Assembly (NCBI GenBank): GCA_965112155.1
Contig: OZ218105.1
Source: Podarcis liolepis
Taxonomy: Eukaryota
Strand: one strand, 5' to 3'
DNA length: 64,000 bases
Part shown: piece after piece, positions 13,821-25,406 of the stretch
How positions within the stretch are numbered: the first letter of the stretch is position 1
How the letters are laid out: each line of letters begins with the position of its first letter
The notes under the pieces: model-generated
What the model was told of the DNA's origin: nothing
Database searches by the model: none
Seen by the model: the letters and a program-made list of their open reading frames with translations, nothing else
Position numbers and translations under genes: made by a program

Positions 13821-13872
13821 TAATTAACAGCCAGAGTCGTCTTGTGTTTGTGGGAGAGACCCAGCCGTAACA

Positions 13873-14017
13873 CACTGGCGGAGGAAGAGGGGAGCGGGGG
13901 AGCGCACTGCCCCCAGCAGCGTGATCCTGGTGGGGTGCCATCGCAGCCTGCGCTGGGCACCACACCCCCACCTGCTCTCCGCCCCCTCCAGTGCCGGAGT
14001 ATGAAGCTCCGCCACTG
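13873..14017. mobile_element. hAT-type MITE
   Basis: TIR CA(C)TGGCGGAG ... CTCCGCCACTG around a GC-rich interior. TSD imperfect. Confidence 0.7.
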
Positions 14018-14019
14018 CA

Positions 14020-14297
14020 GGGACAATCCCGGATTTACAGAAGCTATTCTGGTTTCTGATTTGATCCTGAAATGTCCCACTTTTCCTTAGGACGTCCTTA
14101 TTTTCATCAGAGAAATGTCTGGAGTTATGGAGTTACGTGATCCCCTAGCCAAGGAGATAACTAACTATGCAACCTTTAGAAGACATCTGAAGGCAGCCCT
14201 GTATAAGGAAGTTTTTTAATGTTAAATGTTTTATTGTGTTTTTAGATATGTTGGAAGCCACCCAGAGTGACTGGGGCAACCCAGTCAGATGGGCAGG

Positions 14298-14350
<53 letters not shown>

Positions 14351-14394
14351 GTGGGTGGGTCCCTATTTTCATTGGATAAACGTTGGAGGGTATG
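14020..14394. mobile_element. hAT-like element end carrying an embedded L2 3' end with (AAT)n tail
   Basis: Terminal segment present twice (14094-14129 and 14359-14394, ending GTTGGAGGGTATG), flanking L2 3' sequence ~14150-14349. Confidence 0.65.
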
Positions 14395-15235
14395 CTTTCC
14401 AGGTGTTTTGAACTACAACTTCTATCAGCCTGGCTGGGAGTGATGTAGTCCAAAGTATTAGAAGGGCACCAAACTGGTGAAGGCTACTCTTCCAGTGAGG
14501 CCCTGTTCTGAATGCTCTCACCAACTGAGCACGTGCAGAATAATTCTAAGCCTGGCGCTGAATGTCCAGACAGAAGTGGTCACCAACATCCTGGGTGCTG
14601 GATTCTGAAATAACAAATTGCTCATCCCAGCTTTGCAAGAAAACTCCATCCCAAACTCCCGGGGAAATAACAAAGAACAATCCAGCTTGATATGTCCTTG
14701 ATGTGTCATCTGAAAGGGAAAGATAGGTTTGTGGAAATAATTGTATAATAAAAATAGGTTACTTCTGATGTAACACCACTGGAGCCTGTTAATTGCAATT
14801 TGTCACTGTAATATTAAATTGTAATCATAAATTTTAATTATAATCCTCACCAAATTGTATCAGCTGGTCCTTGATGTGATTTTCCTAGCTTATTAAACTA
14901 TTTTGGTATATCTCCAGCTTGCTACTTCCTAAGAACTAAGACAATGAACTGTGCTGAACTACAGCTATGGAGTCAAGCTCAACACAGGTTGTGGAAACAG
15001 AACAGGATCGTTAAACAGGGTTATGAACATCTCCCTGGTAGGACTGCTAATACAGGCCTGCAGCAGGGCTTCTCCTAGTACAAGGAAGGAGCGCTAAGGT
15101 GGAACCTGGAGGCTGGGTGTTTCCGCCTCCCCATTCCCTTCCTTCCATCCACCCACCAGCCTCCCAAACCTGCTCTCCTTTCTTTCAACTCCACTTACTA
15201 GCAGGGATAGGGGATAAATTTGTTTCAGTTTGCAT

Positions 15236-16030
15236 TGTTACATGTCAGGGTCCCCAGGCCACCCCAAATAACTCACACATCACACCAAAATTTTAGTTTA
15301 AGGTTTTGGCATAATTTTGGCCACAACTTTATTAAAATAGGCATTGGTTGCGACTAGCTGCCCCCACCATGGGGGACAGACTGACATTCCGCACGCATGT
15401 GCAAGTCAGAATAGGGGAATACACTTGGGGGTAGCGACGGAGCAGGGAACCTGCCCTCACTCCAAAAGCAACCAGGAGCTCATTGCTATGGCCCAAGCCC
15501 CCTTGACAGAGTGGACAAGCAATAGTTAGCCCCCAATTCCTTTAACAGAATCCCTTGCAGCAGCAGCATTAGAGGGGCAGGCACAGCCAATCCATGCCCC
15601 TCAACCAAGCAAACCATAAACCAATGCCTAACCGCAACCTTACAAGTTGTGGCGATTTGCTACGCAGTAGACAAAAACCAAATGGCCCCAGCCAATCAGC
15701 CAGATGGACAAAATTCCTCCTGGGCCCCTGCCTCAAGAGCAGATGACCCCATGACAGGCATAGCAAGGTCAAGCGAACAACCCTAAATATGGCGGGGGGG
15801 GGGGACGGGCAATCTGATGCACGGGCGAAAAGAGGAAGCCCTAGCCTCGTGCAAAGAGTTTTAGCATTTCTGGCTGTCAATCATCAAATGGGAACATCAA
15901 CTTCTTCCCAACAACAAGGGAAGCCCAATCACATCAGTGGCCAACGGTCAATTAGCCCGCCCCACAACTTTGGAGTGTCCTGGCGGCCCCCACCGCAACA
16001 CGTGCTCTCCATGAAGGAGAACACACTATA
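15236..16030 (-). mobile_element. ~800-bp LTR-like element, copy A (solo LTR or tyrosine-recombinase retroelement repeat)
   Basis: Homologous end to end with 24079-24883 and 25407-26208. Minus strand has a GC box, pyrimidine-rich start-like TTCCTCTTTTCGC and AATAAA (15333-15328). Short imperfect inverted ends, no clean TSD. Confidence 0.75.
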
Positions 16031-16548
16031 GACAAACCTGCCTAATGTGCATTTTTAAAGACACAGGCATGTGAAACTGCCACGCTATTGAAAAGCCCAA
16101 CACCCATCTGCTCTCTTCACCAGAAACCGGGAGAATGGCATGGTGGTGCAAATTTTAGTGAACAGGAGCAACTCCAACCTGGCAGACTACAACAACACAC
16201 ATTTTTAAGGCAATTTTAATGGATGCTTTTATACTTTTTTATTTTAAGAAAGTGTATGGCCATCCTTTTATGCACATGAATCCTAAGATCCAAATGTAAT
16301 TAGGCTAATGGACCAATTAATTAAAATTTCTACAAGAGCCTTTTATTTACACTAATGCTCCTTGGTCTTCATTTGGCAAAAAGCATTAAATAAACATCCC
16401 TCCTTTTCCTTCACAAGCCATTAACCATTTGTGCCCATGACTATATTGCAGCCATCAACCGGAGTGTACCAGGATTGGGGGGGGGGGGGGCGCTGCTGCT
16501 ACAGTCCTCAGGGCTGGTACCAGCAGCTGACATCCTTCAGCAGAACGT

Positions 16549-16949
16549 TTCCCAGTACGTTTCCGTGCACAATTCAAAGTGTTGGTGTTGACCTTTAAAG
16601 CCCTAAACAGCCTCGGCCCAGTATACCTGAAGGAGCATCTCCACCCCCATCGTTCTGCCCGGACGCTGAGGTCCAGCGCCGAGGGCCTTCTGGCAGTACC
16701 CTCATTGTGAGAAGCAAAGCTACAGGGAACCAGGCGGAGGGCCTTCTCGGTAGTGGCGCCCGCCCTGTGGAACGCCCTCCCATCAGATGTCAAAGCGATA
16801 AACAACTACCTGACATTCAGAAGACATCTTAAGGCAGCCCTGTTCAGGGAAGTTTTTATGTGTGACATTTTAGTGTATTTTTGGTCTCTGTGGAAGCTAC
16901 CCAGAGTGGCTGGGGAAACCCAGCCAGATGGGCGGGGTACAAATAATAA

Positions 16950-17002
<53 letters not shown>
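16549..17002 (+). mobile_element. L2-clade LINE 3' fragment with (TTA)n tail
   Basis: Near-identical to the 3' part of 47982-48682. Flanking direct repeat TTCAGCAG at 16536-16543 and 17002-17009. Confidence 0.9.
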
Positions 17003-17006
<4 letters not shown>

Positions 17007-17156
17007 CAGCTTCCAGGGCCCATATTTCCCTTTCACTGGCCTGGTGCTCCAGGCAGCTGGATCTAGTATCTGTTTTAATTTTTAGAACACCTCTGATGTT
17101 GCATCTCTCTGAGGCACTGTAGTGGCCAAACCCAGATGCCCAGCACTGAATGGGCT

Positions 17157-17191
17157 TGGACTGGACTGGACTGGACTGGACTGGACTGGAC
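17157..17191. repeat. (GGACT)n pentanucleotide repeat
   Basis: Direct inspection. Confidence 0.9.
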
Positions 17192-17384
17192 AGCCTTTCA
17201 AACAGAGGTCCGGACTCTGGCAGGCCTTAAAATAAATTGCTGTTCTGTGCAAAGCATGACGCATGACCCTTGATGCAAGGACAGCTTGTGCATCTGGCAT
17301 AGCGAAAGACACATGGGGAAGAGGACATCCAAGTCTCTTGCTCTTTTGATTTGTTCCCCACATGTAAAGAAGAGCTTTGCTGTA

Positions 17385-17570
17385 TCAGGTCAGTGGACCA
17401 GCCAGTCTAGCAGCTTGTTCTCACAGTGGCCAACTAAATGTCTGTGAAGAACCAGAAAACAGGACCTGAGTAAAACAGCATCTTAGTCATTTAGGATTCC
17501 AAGGACTTGGTATACTGATGCTGACAGAGGAGGCAGAAGGTAGCCATCGTGGGTAGCAGCCATTAACCCT
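17385..17570 (-). mobile_element. CR1 LINE 3' end fragment
   Basis: Degenerate match to the other CR1 3' UTR copies in the window. Confidence 0.7.
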
Positions 17571-18164
17571 CCCACCCCGATAGTGTGTAAAAAGAAAAAA
17601 TTGCTCTAAAAAACAAGAGTGAAGATGAAAAGCTCAGTTATCAACACAAACTCTGGAAATTGTGCTCTCTGTGTGTGTGTCTCTGTGTCTACTTGCATCT
17701 TTACTGGTTTTTGGATTTTAAAAAATGCCATTATTGTTGTTTTTAGTAGCTTTATATGTAATTGGTTTTTTTAAAATAGCATTTATTCAAAAGTTACAAT
17801 ACAATACATTTTCAATCAATATATCCCCACCACACTCCTCTGTGATGATGGTGGCATTAAAAAAAATAGTTTTCACATATGCAACTATTTTAACTTTTTA
17901 TGTGTGTAATTGTTTTAAATGTATTTTATTCAAAGGTAAATTGCTTTGAGATGCCCCATAGGAAGTAATTCATGAATGAAATAAATGAAAAGAATAAGCT
18001 AGCGGTTTGTCAAATAGTGCATAAACTAGATAATGTTGGTGCATTTGATAACGATCATATGCTGCAACTTCCTGCCTAGCTGAAAACTTTTTTTTTATTT
18101 CAGGAAGCCTACCCAGGCATATGATTTAGTTACCTATATTCATTTTTAAAGTTACGCTGATTTA

Positions 18165-18402
18165 GGGATCAATCCTATGCACAAGAAGCTGGCATAAAGC
18201 AAGCTGGGATAAACTTGCATCTGACCTAAACCTCATTTAGCAGCAGCAGGGCTGCTGCTGCTCTGCCTAAGTCTGACAAAGGAAAAACAAGTCATCAAAA
18301 TAGTGTTTTGTGCCAGCTGAGCCAGGAATTTGCCAGCTGAGCCAAAAGTCTGTTGTATCCTAAATGGCTCATCTCAGCAGATCTTGCCATAGGATGGAAC
18401 CC
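18165..18402. mobile_element. Old TIR element (PIF/Harbinger-like MITE)
   Basis: GGGATCAATCCTATG ... CATAGGATGGAACCC inverted ends with 2 mismatches. Interior homologous to ~7868-8018. Confidence 0.55.
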
Positions 18403-21124
18403 CAAAATTTGTGCCATAACTTTAACATATACTTGTTTTCCATCGTTTTGTGAATTTTGGCTTATATTTTGGCTTCAATTTTGTTATGTACACTGCTTGG
18501 AGGGCTCTTTGATTAAGCAGCTTATAAATCTTTCAGAATAAAATAAAATAACACAAAATTGCAAAAAGTGGGTAGATCTATGTACTTAGAAACAGATAAT
18601 GGTGAATCCTTCATTCATATGAATACGTCAATATATGTTGATTCCTAATTGTGGGGTTGTAAATAATTATTGTTCTCATGCTTATGATACATAGTTATGC
18701 TTATAATTATATGTGTGATACACTTTTTTTGTTTGTTGAACTTGCTGGTCCCTGTTCTGATTACTTGTTTGGTTGGTATTACTGGCTGGATACAGCAATG
18801 GTAGCTAATTTCAAACTTGGCAAAAGCAAATGAATCAATGGATATTTATTCACAGTCCCTCCTCTGTGTGCCTTAAAACAACAACCCCAAAATGCAGAGA
18901 AATTGGGGGTGTGACCCAATCAGCATCTAGAAGCAAGAAAGGAAAAACAAATTCATGGATTTTTATATATCCCATGATACCCTTTTAGCAGTTACACAGT
19001 TTAAATTACTTTATGCACATCAAAGTATCACAGAAAGATTATCATGATGGTGATGATGTAATACTGAATTGCCCCAAGCCATAAATTAAAACACATATTA
19101 TTAACTGACTACCTGGGTAATAGCCCTAAGATATATAAATGGGTGCAGCCTTGGAACAATATATTCTTTTTCGCGGAGCCTCCATATACTACTATAATTA
19201 TTTATTAGATTAGATTTGTAATTAAAGTGCTATTCAACTCAGGTCCTAAATACCTGAAAGACCTCCTTCTCTACAGGGCCTCCAATATGCTAAGATGGGT
19301 GGAGAAGGCCCTCTTGGTTGTTCCACAGCCCTCAGAAGCTTGAGGTGGTAGTGACCTAGGAGAAGGTCTTTTCTGTGGTGGCCCCTAAGTTATGAACCTC
19401 CCTTTTCCCAGAGGTGAATCTGGCACGCACTGTAAGCTTTCAACAAATGCTGTAGACACACCTCTTTATCCTGGCTTTTGACACCTGAGATGTGTATTTT
19501 TAGAACCGCACTTATTTTTGTGATTGCAAGTTCTTTTAAACTGTTTTTATTGTATTGGGTGTGTAAACAACAACAACATCTTACCCACCCTTCACAATTA
19601 GGTCCCCAGTGTAATATTCTGCTACTGTTACAGTTAGCGTTAACAAAGAGCAGAAGGAAGGAGGATCGTTTTGTTTATTTGCATATTTAAAAGCTTTAAG
19701 GGGATTTAATGTCAAGTGGTAGGGGAAAAGAGCAATTCTTCCCTTCTTGCTAAATGGTGAGTGCCACTTAAGCTGGCCTTGCAGCTGTTTATGCCACTGC
19801 AGCTGAACGCTGGGCAAAGCATTCTTGATTCTTTTCTTCCTCTAGGAAGGCTGAATTGCCTCTTCTGTCCTCAGCCCAGAAGAGTCTCAAGACGACAGCA
19901 AGTACAGCATCCACTTAGCTTGTAAGATTGTACGGCCACGATCGTATTACATCTCCCTGAGTCCTGAACATTGACTGTACAGAAGAGGGTTTTACTGTAA
20001 GCTGCCTCAGCTGCCTCCCAAAGCCCTTAATATGAAGAAACCTGTCTGTATCAGAAACCGTCTCTTTCGCTCTTGATGTGGGAAATGCTTCTCCACTGAG
20101 ATCAGCCGTTCTGTTGGACTTCGGCCACTGTGTCTCTCAAACAACGGCTGAACTCAGTTATATTGCAGGTTAGGGATTAGTGACAAGAGGTTTGAGGGCC
20201 AAATCCAGACCCTTGAGGAATTCCAGATGTCTAGCCATGGTGAAGGGCTTGATCCCCACCACCTTCCATCCTCTCTTCAAGGTTTCTCTCCTGGAAGGCT
20301 AGTTACTGACCCTAACTCTCAACAGTGCACAGCATCATATTTATTATCTACTTTATTTGAAAGCATTTACAAACTGCTTTAAAATAACCTAAGTGGTGTA
20401 AAATGTTTTTTTTAATGAATATAGTTCAAAAATAATACAACTTAAAACCAATAAAGCTGCGGTATAGGAACATGTAAAAGCATAGAAAAGCAAACAAAAC
20501 CAAAAAAAAATCAGAGGAATCTAACACAGAAAGTAGGATCTTATAAGTAAGAGAAGCCTTGGGCAAAAAAAATAAATATTTAGAAGACATCTGAAGCAGC
20601 TGATGGCCACTTTTTCACATTTGGCATTCCATTAAACAGAGGAAACAGCAGAAAACAGCCCCTTTTAGTGTCACCACCCTGATATTTGATAGAATGTGAT
20701 ACCACATGTAGACTTTCCCCATGTGATCCAAGTGATCTTACAGGTCTGTACAGGGGCATGTGATCTATCAGGAATCCTGGTTCAAAGTTGTCCAGGCCAG
20801 GTAGCTAATTGGCAGCCTGTGATATTATTTTTAAAACATTTGAATACCATTCTAATTCCATGTACTTTCCTTTCCGAGGGCATGCTGTTCTGTTCTAACC
20901 CCAGAGTGTTGCAGAAGACTCAGACTCCATGCGTAAAAGAAACTGAGCTGAAAGCAAGAAAGGCTGGAAGCCTCACTGCCGAACGGCTAGAAGGAGCTGA
21001 AATAAACGCATTCCTAAAGTTTCACTTATGTAGAGAAGCTGTTCAGATGAATGCATTTTTCATGTTATTTTCATAGTGCTCAAAACATTTGAAATAGTAT
21101 TACATTAATTGCTGCTTTTCAATA

Positions 21125-21366
21125 CAGTGGTACCTCAGGTTATGTACTTAATTCGTTCCGGAGGTCCGTTCTTAACCTGAAACTGTTCTTAACCTGAAGC
21201 ACCACTTTCGCTAATGGGGCCTCCCACTGCTGCTGTGCCGCCGGAGCACAATTTCTGTTCTCATCCTGCAGCAAAGTTCTTAACCCAAGCTACTATTTCC
21301 GGGTTAGCGGAGTCTGTAACCTGAAGCATATGTAACCTGAAGTTTATGTAACCTGAGGTACCACTG
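21125..21366. mobile_element. Tigger-like MITE
   Basis: CAGTGGTACCTCAGGTTA...TAACCTGAGGTACCACTG with TA TSD. Confidence 0.93.
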
Positions 21367-21405
21367 TACTCCGAGGAGAAAGCAAAATTCATTGTTGGTT
21401 TAAGC

Positions 21406-21639
21406 CATGGGTAAGCAAACTAAGGCCCGGGGGCCAGATCTGGCCCAATCGCCTTCTAAATCCGGCCCGCGGACGGTCCAGGAATCAGCGTGTTTTTACA
21501 TGAGTAGAATGTGTCCTTTTATTTAAAATGCATCTCTGGGTTATTTGTGGGGCATAGGAATTCATTCATTTCACCCCCAAAATATAGTCCAGCCCCCCAC
21601 AAGGTTTGAAGGACAGTGGAAAAAGTCTGCTGACCCCTG
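21406..21639. mobile_element. hAT (Charlie-like) MITE
   Basis: CATGGGTAAGCAAAC...GTCTGCTGACCCCTG ends with perfect 8-bp TSD GTTTAAGC (21398-21405, 21640-21647). Confidence 0.92.
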
Positions 21640-22513
21640 GTTTAAGCTTTGTCTGAAAAGAAAGGAAGGGCAAAAAGGGGGACAAGTTAGTTGGGGTTCC
21701 CTCCCCACCTCACCCCCCTTTTATGGCGCAGGTTGCAGCCTATGCCATAATACACTCCCCAGGAGCCAATTCCTCTCCAGTAATTTTGGGAGGAGGTGGG
21801 CTAGTGGACCCCCGCCCCTGAGGACTGTATCCTGGCACAGGCACATACCAGAGCAAAGATGGATGAAACGGAACCGTTAACTTATCCTTGCCCCAGAAGA
21901 AAAAAAAATCCCTGTACATCATATAAGGAAAAAGACAGCCCTAAAGTCTTCAAAGTGCCATAGTACTCTTTGTCCTTTTGCTGCTCCAGACTAATACAGC
22001 TTCTTTTCGGATAAGGCTGAATAATCAATAATTGTTCATTTGTTCAAATTTAAGTGCTGGCAGCTTCCCTTTCAGCTTATTCAGCAAGCAGGAGTCAGCT
22101 GTTTAAGTCATAGATTGTTACAGGATCACTGTGCTGGCCTTCAGAGTTGCTGGACGTGAGGAACCAATCCTTCCAGGAGGCGACTTGGCAGTGAGGACAC
22201 CCAGCAAGGAGAAGCCCAGTATAAAAAACTCAACTTATCCTGCATCTCTTCTGCTTGATGGAATGTATATAAAAAAGTAGCCATAAATAGGAGCAACAGC
22301 TAGGGTTGGCCATGTGTCCGACTTTGTAGAGGACTATCCTATATTTGTAGGGCTGTCAAAGGACTGTCCTGTGCTTGAAAGTACGTTAAGTAGAGCCTTG
22401 CTGGATGAGGCCAATGGCCCACCTAGTTCATCATCATGTTCTTGCAGTGAACATGTGGGAAATCCGTAAGCACAAGAGCACTATCCTGTCTGGTGCTTTC
22501 CAACAACTGGTAT

Positions 22514-22826
22514 GAAGGAGAAGGAGAAGGAGAAGGAGAAGGAGAAGGAGAAGGAGAAGGAGAAGGAGAAGGAGAAGGAGAAGGAGAAGGAGAGTTTGGA
22601 TTTGATATCCCGCTTTATTACTACTCGAAGGAGTCTCAAAGCAGCTAACATTCTCCTTTCCCTTCCTCCCCCTACAACAAACACTCTGTGAGGTGAGTGG
22701 GGCTGAGAGACTTCAAAGAAGTGTGACTGGCCCAAGGTCACCCAGCAGCTGCATGTGGAGGAGCGGGGAAGCGAACCCAGTTCACCAGATTATGAGTCCA
22801 CCGCTCTTAACCACTACACCACACTG
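22514..22826 (-). mobile_element. Squam3-type SINE with expanded (TCCTTC)n tail, nested in a CR1 3' fragment
   Basis: Homologous to 6805-7045. (GAAGGA)n at 22514-22593, with CR1 3' UTR remnants on both sides. Confidence 0.9.
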
Positions 22827-22886
22827 TGAAGGCAGAGCACAGGCATCATGGCAACCCAGCCAGATGGACAGGATATAAATAATAAC

Positions 22887-22938
22887 TTCTTCTTCTTCTT
22901 CTTCTTCTTCTTCTGCTGCTGCTGCTGCTGCTGCTGCT
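22887..22938. repeat. Compound (TTC)n(TGC)n microsatellite
   Basis: Direct inspection. Confidence 0.93.
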
Positions 22939-23350
22939 TCGGCCCCAGCCTGGTGGAACGCTCTATCGCAGGAGACCAGGGCCCTGCGAGACTTGACATC
23001 CTTCCGCAGGGCCTGCAAGACGGAGCTGTTCCACCTGGCCTTCAGTCTGGGCCCAGTTTGACTCCCCTCTATGGGACCCTGTAAGATACCTTTGACCCTT
23101 TTATCGGCTCATATGGGACCAACACGGATAGCTGGTCCTGATGAATACTTGAGGCTCCTGACCCCTATGGTTGCAAATTCGTGGGCAGTCATTTAATTTT
23201 ATCTTGATTCTAATTTTTAAGCTGTATTTTAAACAATTGTTTGATTGTGTTTTAATGTATTTGATATTTGATGTTAGCTGCCCTGAGCCCGGTCTTGGCC
23301 AGGGTGGGCGGGGTATAAATAAAAATTTACTTACTTACTTACTTACTTCT
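22936..23350 (+). mobile_element. L2-like LINE 3' end (second family) with (TTAC)n tail
   Basis: APAWWNAL-type C-terminus and GGGCGGGGTATAAATAA terminus. Homologous to the minus-strand copy at 27656-27955. Confidence 0.75.
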
Positions 23351-24078
23351 TCTTATCATCATCATCATCATCCTCATCATCTATTGGAAGTTTTTCCCTC
23401 TATGAATTTCTCTATCCTCATGGAATATTAAATCATCCAGGTCCTGTTTGATGACCAGTGACATAGCTACTACAGTGAAATCTGTTTCTATTTAAATCAG
23501 CGCAATTATTTCTGAATTTACATCTATATTAACTAGTATGTGCAATTTTTATGTAAATCTTTGGCTTCCTTTGTCCTCTTTTCTGGATGCGTTTCCTCAT
23601 TCTTTGGCGATGTGTTGCTGTTAAAATTTCTAGCCTGCCTTCCTCCCAGTGGAGCCCATGGAGGCAAACACCAAACTGCGAAAGCAACAGAATTAAAAAT
23701 AAGATAAAAGCATATTTAAGAATGATTAAAGCCATCTAAAAACCACGAAGAGCATCTGAAAACATTTTAAGACAAATCACATACCCTCACAGCTAGCGAT
23801 TTCAAGGTTGCCAGGAACAGTATCTTTTCAGTCATCAGATTTCTGGGTGAACAGGATTGTTTTTAAATCCCTCCCAGATGTTAATTGTGAGGGAGTTGGA
23901 CACACCTCAATCCAACAGATGGGGAGCCATGATCTGTCCCTGTCATGGATCAAAGTCAACTGGGCAGCAGCCATTGTTGTCACCAACAAGGTGTCTTCTG
24001 CTGACTGTAGGGCCCAAGATGGTTAATATTTGATAAGACACTATTTGAAGTATTCAGGTCCTAATCCATTTAGGTAAT

Positions 24079-24883
24079 TTGCGTGTCGAGGTCCCCAAGC
24101 CACCCCTCAAATAACTCACAATTGACACATAATTTTTGTTTAAGGTTTTTGGCATAATTTTGGTCACAACATTATTAAAATACATATCTGTGAGTGGTTG
24201 CTTAAGCATTGGTTAAGACTATCTGTCCCCCCGACTGGGACAGAACTGACTTCCGAACTCCCTCGGAAGCCAGTGAAGGGAAAACAATATTGGGGAGCAA
24301 TGGAGCTGAGTCACAGGCCCTCACCACTCACCCCCATTCTCCCCAGGGCTTGCCGGCCCTGGTCCCATTTCAGGGATTGGATGAAATCGTGTCAAGCCCC
24401 TGGATTCCTTTAACAGAATTCCCTTCCGCACCACCATTGGAGGGGCAGGCCCAGCCTATCCTTACCCCTCCTCCAATCAATTTTTATAACCAATGCCTAA
24501 CCACAAACTTACAAGTTGTGACAAATTGCTAAGTAGTAGGCAAAAACCAAATGGCACCAGCCAATCAGCCAAATGGACAAAATTCCTACCAGGCCCCTGC
24601 CCCAACAGCAGATGACCCCATGACAGGCATAGGAAGGTCAACCGGAACTCAGGGCGGGCGGGTGATCCGATGCACTCAGCAAAAGAGAAAGTAATAAGCT
24701 GAGTGCCCCAATATTTAAAGCCTTTGGTCCCACCCTCCACATTGCAACATGCAATTTGCCCCAGCAACCCGGCCATCCAATCGTTGCCCCAGGTCAGCCT
24801 ACATTTACCCTGCCTGGCAACAGAAGGATGGCTTGGCAGACCCCACCGCAACACGTGCTCTCATTTCAGGGAGAACATGCTAT
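24079..24883 (-). mobile_element. ~800-bp LTR-like element, copy B
   Basis: Homologous to copies A and C. TTTAAA TATA-like box on the minus strand near 24713-24718. Confidence 0.75.
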
Positions 24884-25406
24884 CCAGAATTTCCCAGACA
24901 TTGCCGGGACTTGGCTGTTGGAAACAGTGCCTGCGTGGAATTTGCTTAAATGTATAAGCGTAGATTTGGGGGAATTTCCTTAAAAATAGCTCAATTTTAT
25001 TTAATTTTTGAAAGATCTTTAAATTTTTATTTCTGATTTTCAATTTTATGCATTTCAATAATTTTACATTTTAACATTTCGAAACTCGGATTCCTTCGCC
25101 CTCTTTCTGCGGTTCCTTAAATTTATTTTTAAAATGTTTTCTGCATATTCCAAACTAACTTAATCATTTATCCATTGGCTTTAAATGTCTGTTCTTACAA
25201 AACCGCAGGTTATTACAATAAGTTTTTGTATCCATTCTTCTTTCGTTGGGGCTTCTTCTACTTTCCACTTTGGGGCAAATAACATTATTGCCGAAGCTCA
25301 ACGACTCTTGTGTCCAGATTTTCACTTTTTGAAATAGGGTTGCCCTTATTCAGGGCTTTGTGTTAGGCCTGGTGGACGAGGCAACCGAGGTACAGTGGTA
25401 CCTTGG

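Noticed and set aside
22481-23084. ORFs with poly-SF, poly-Q/K and poly-F/C tracts
   Set aside because: They are translations of microsatellites and SINE sequence.
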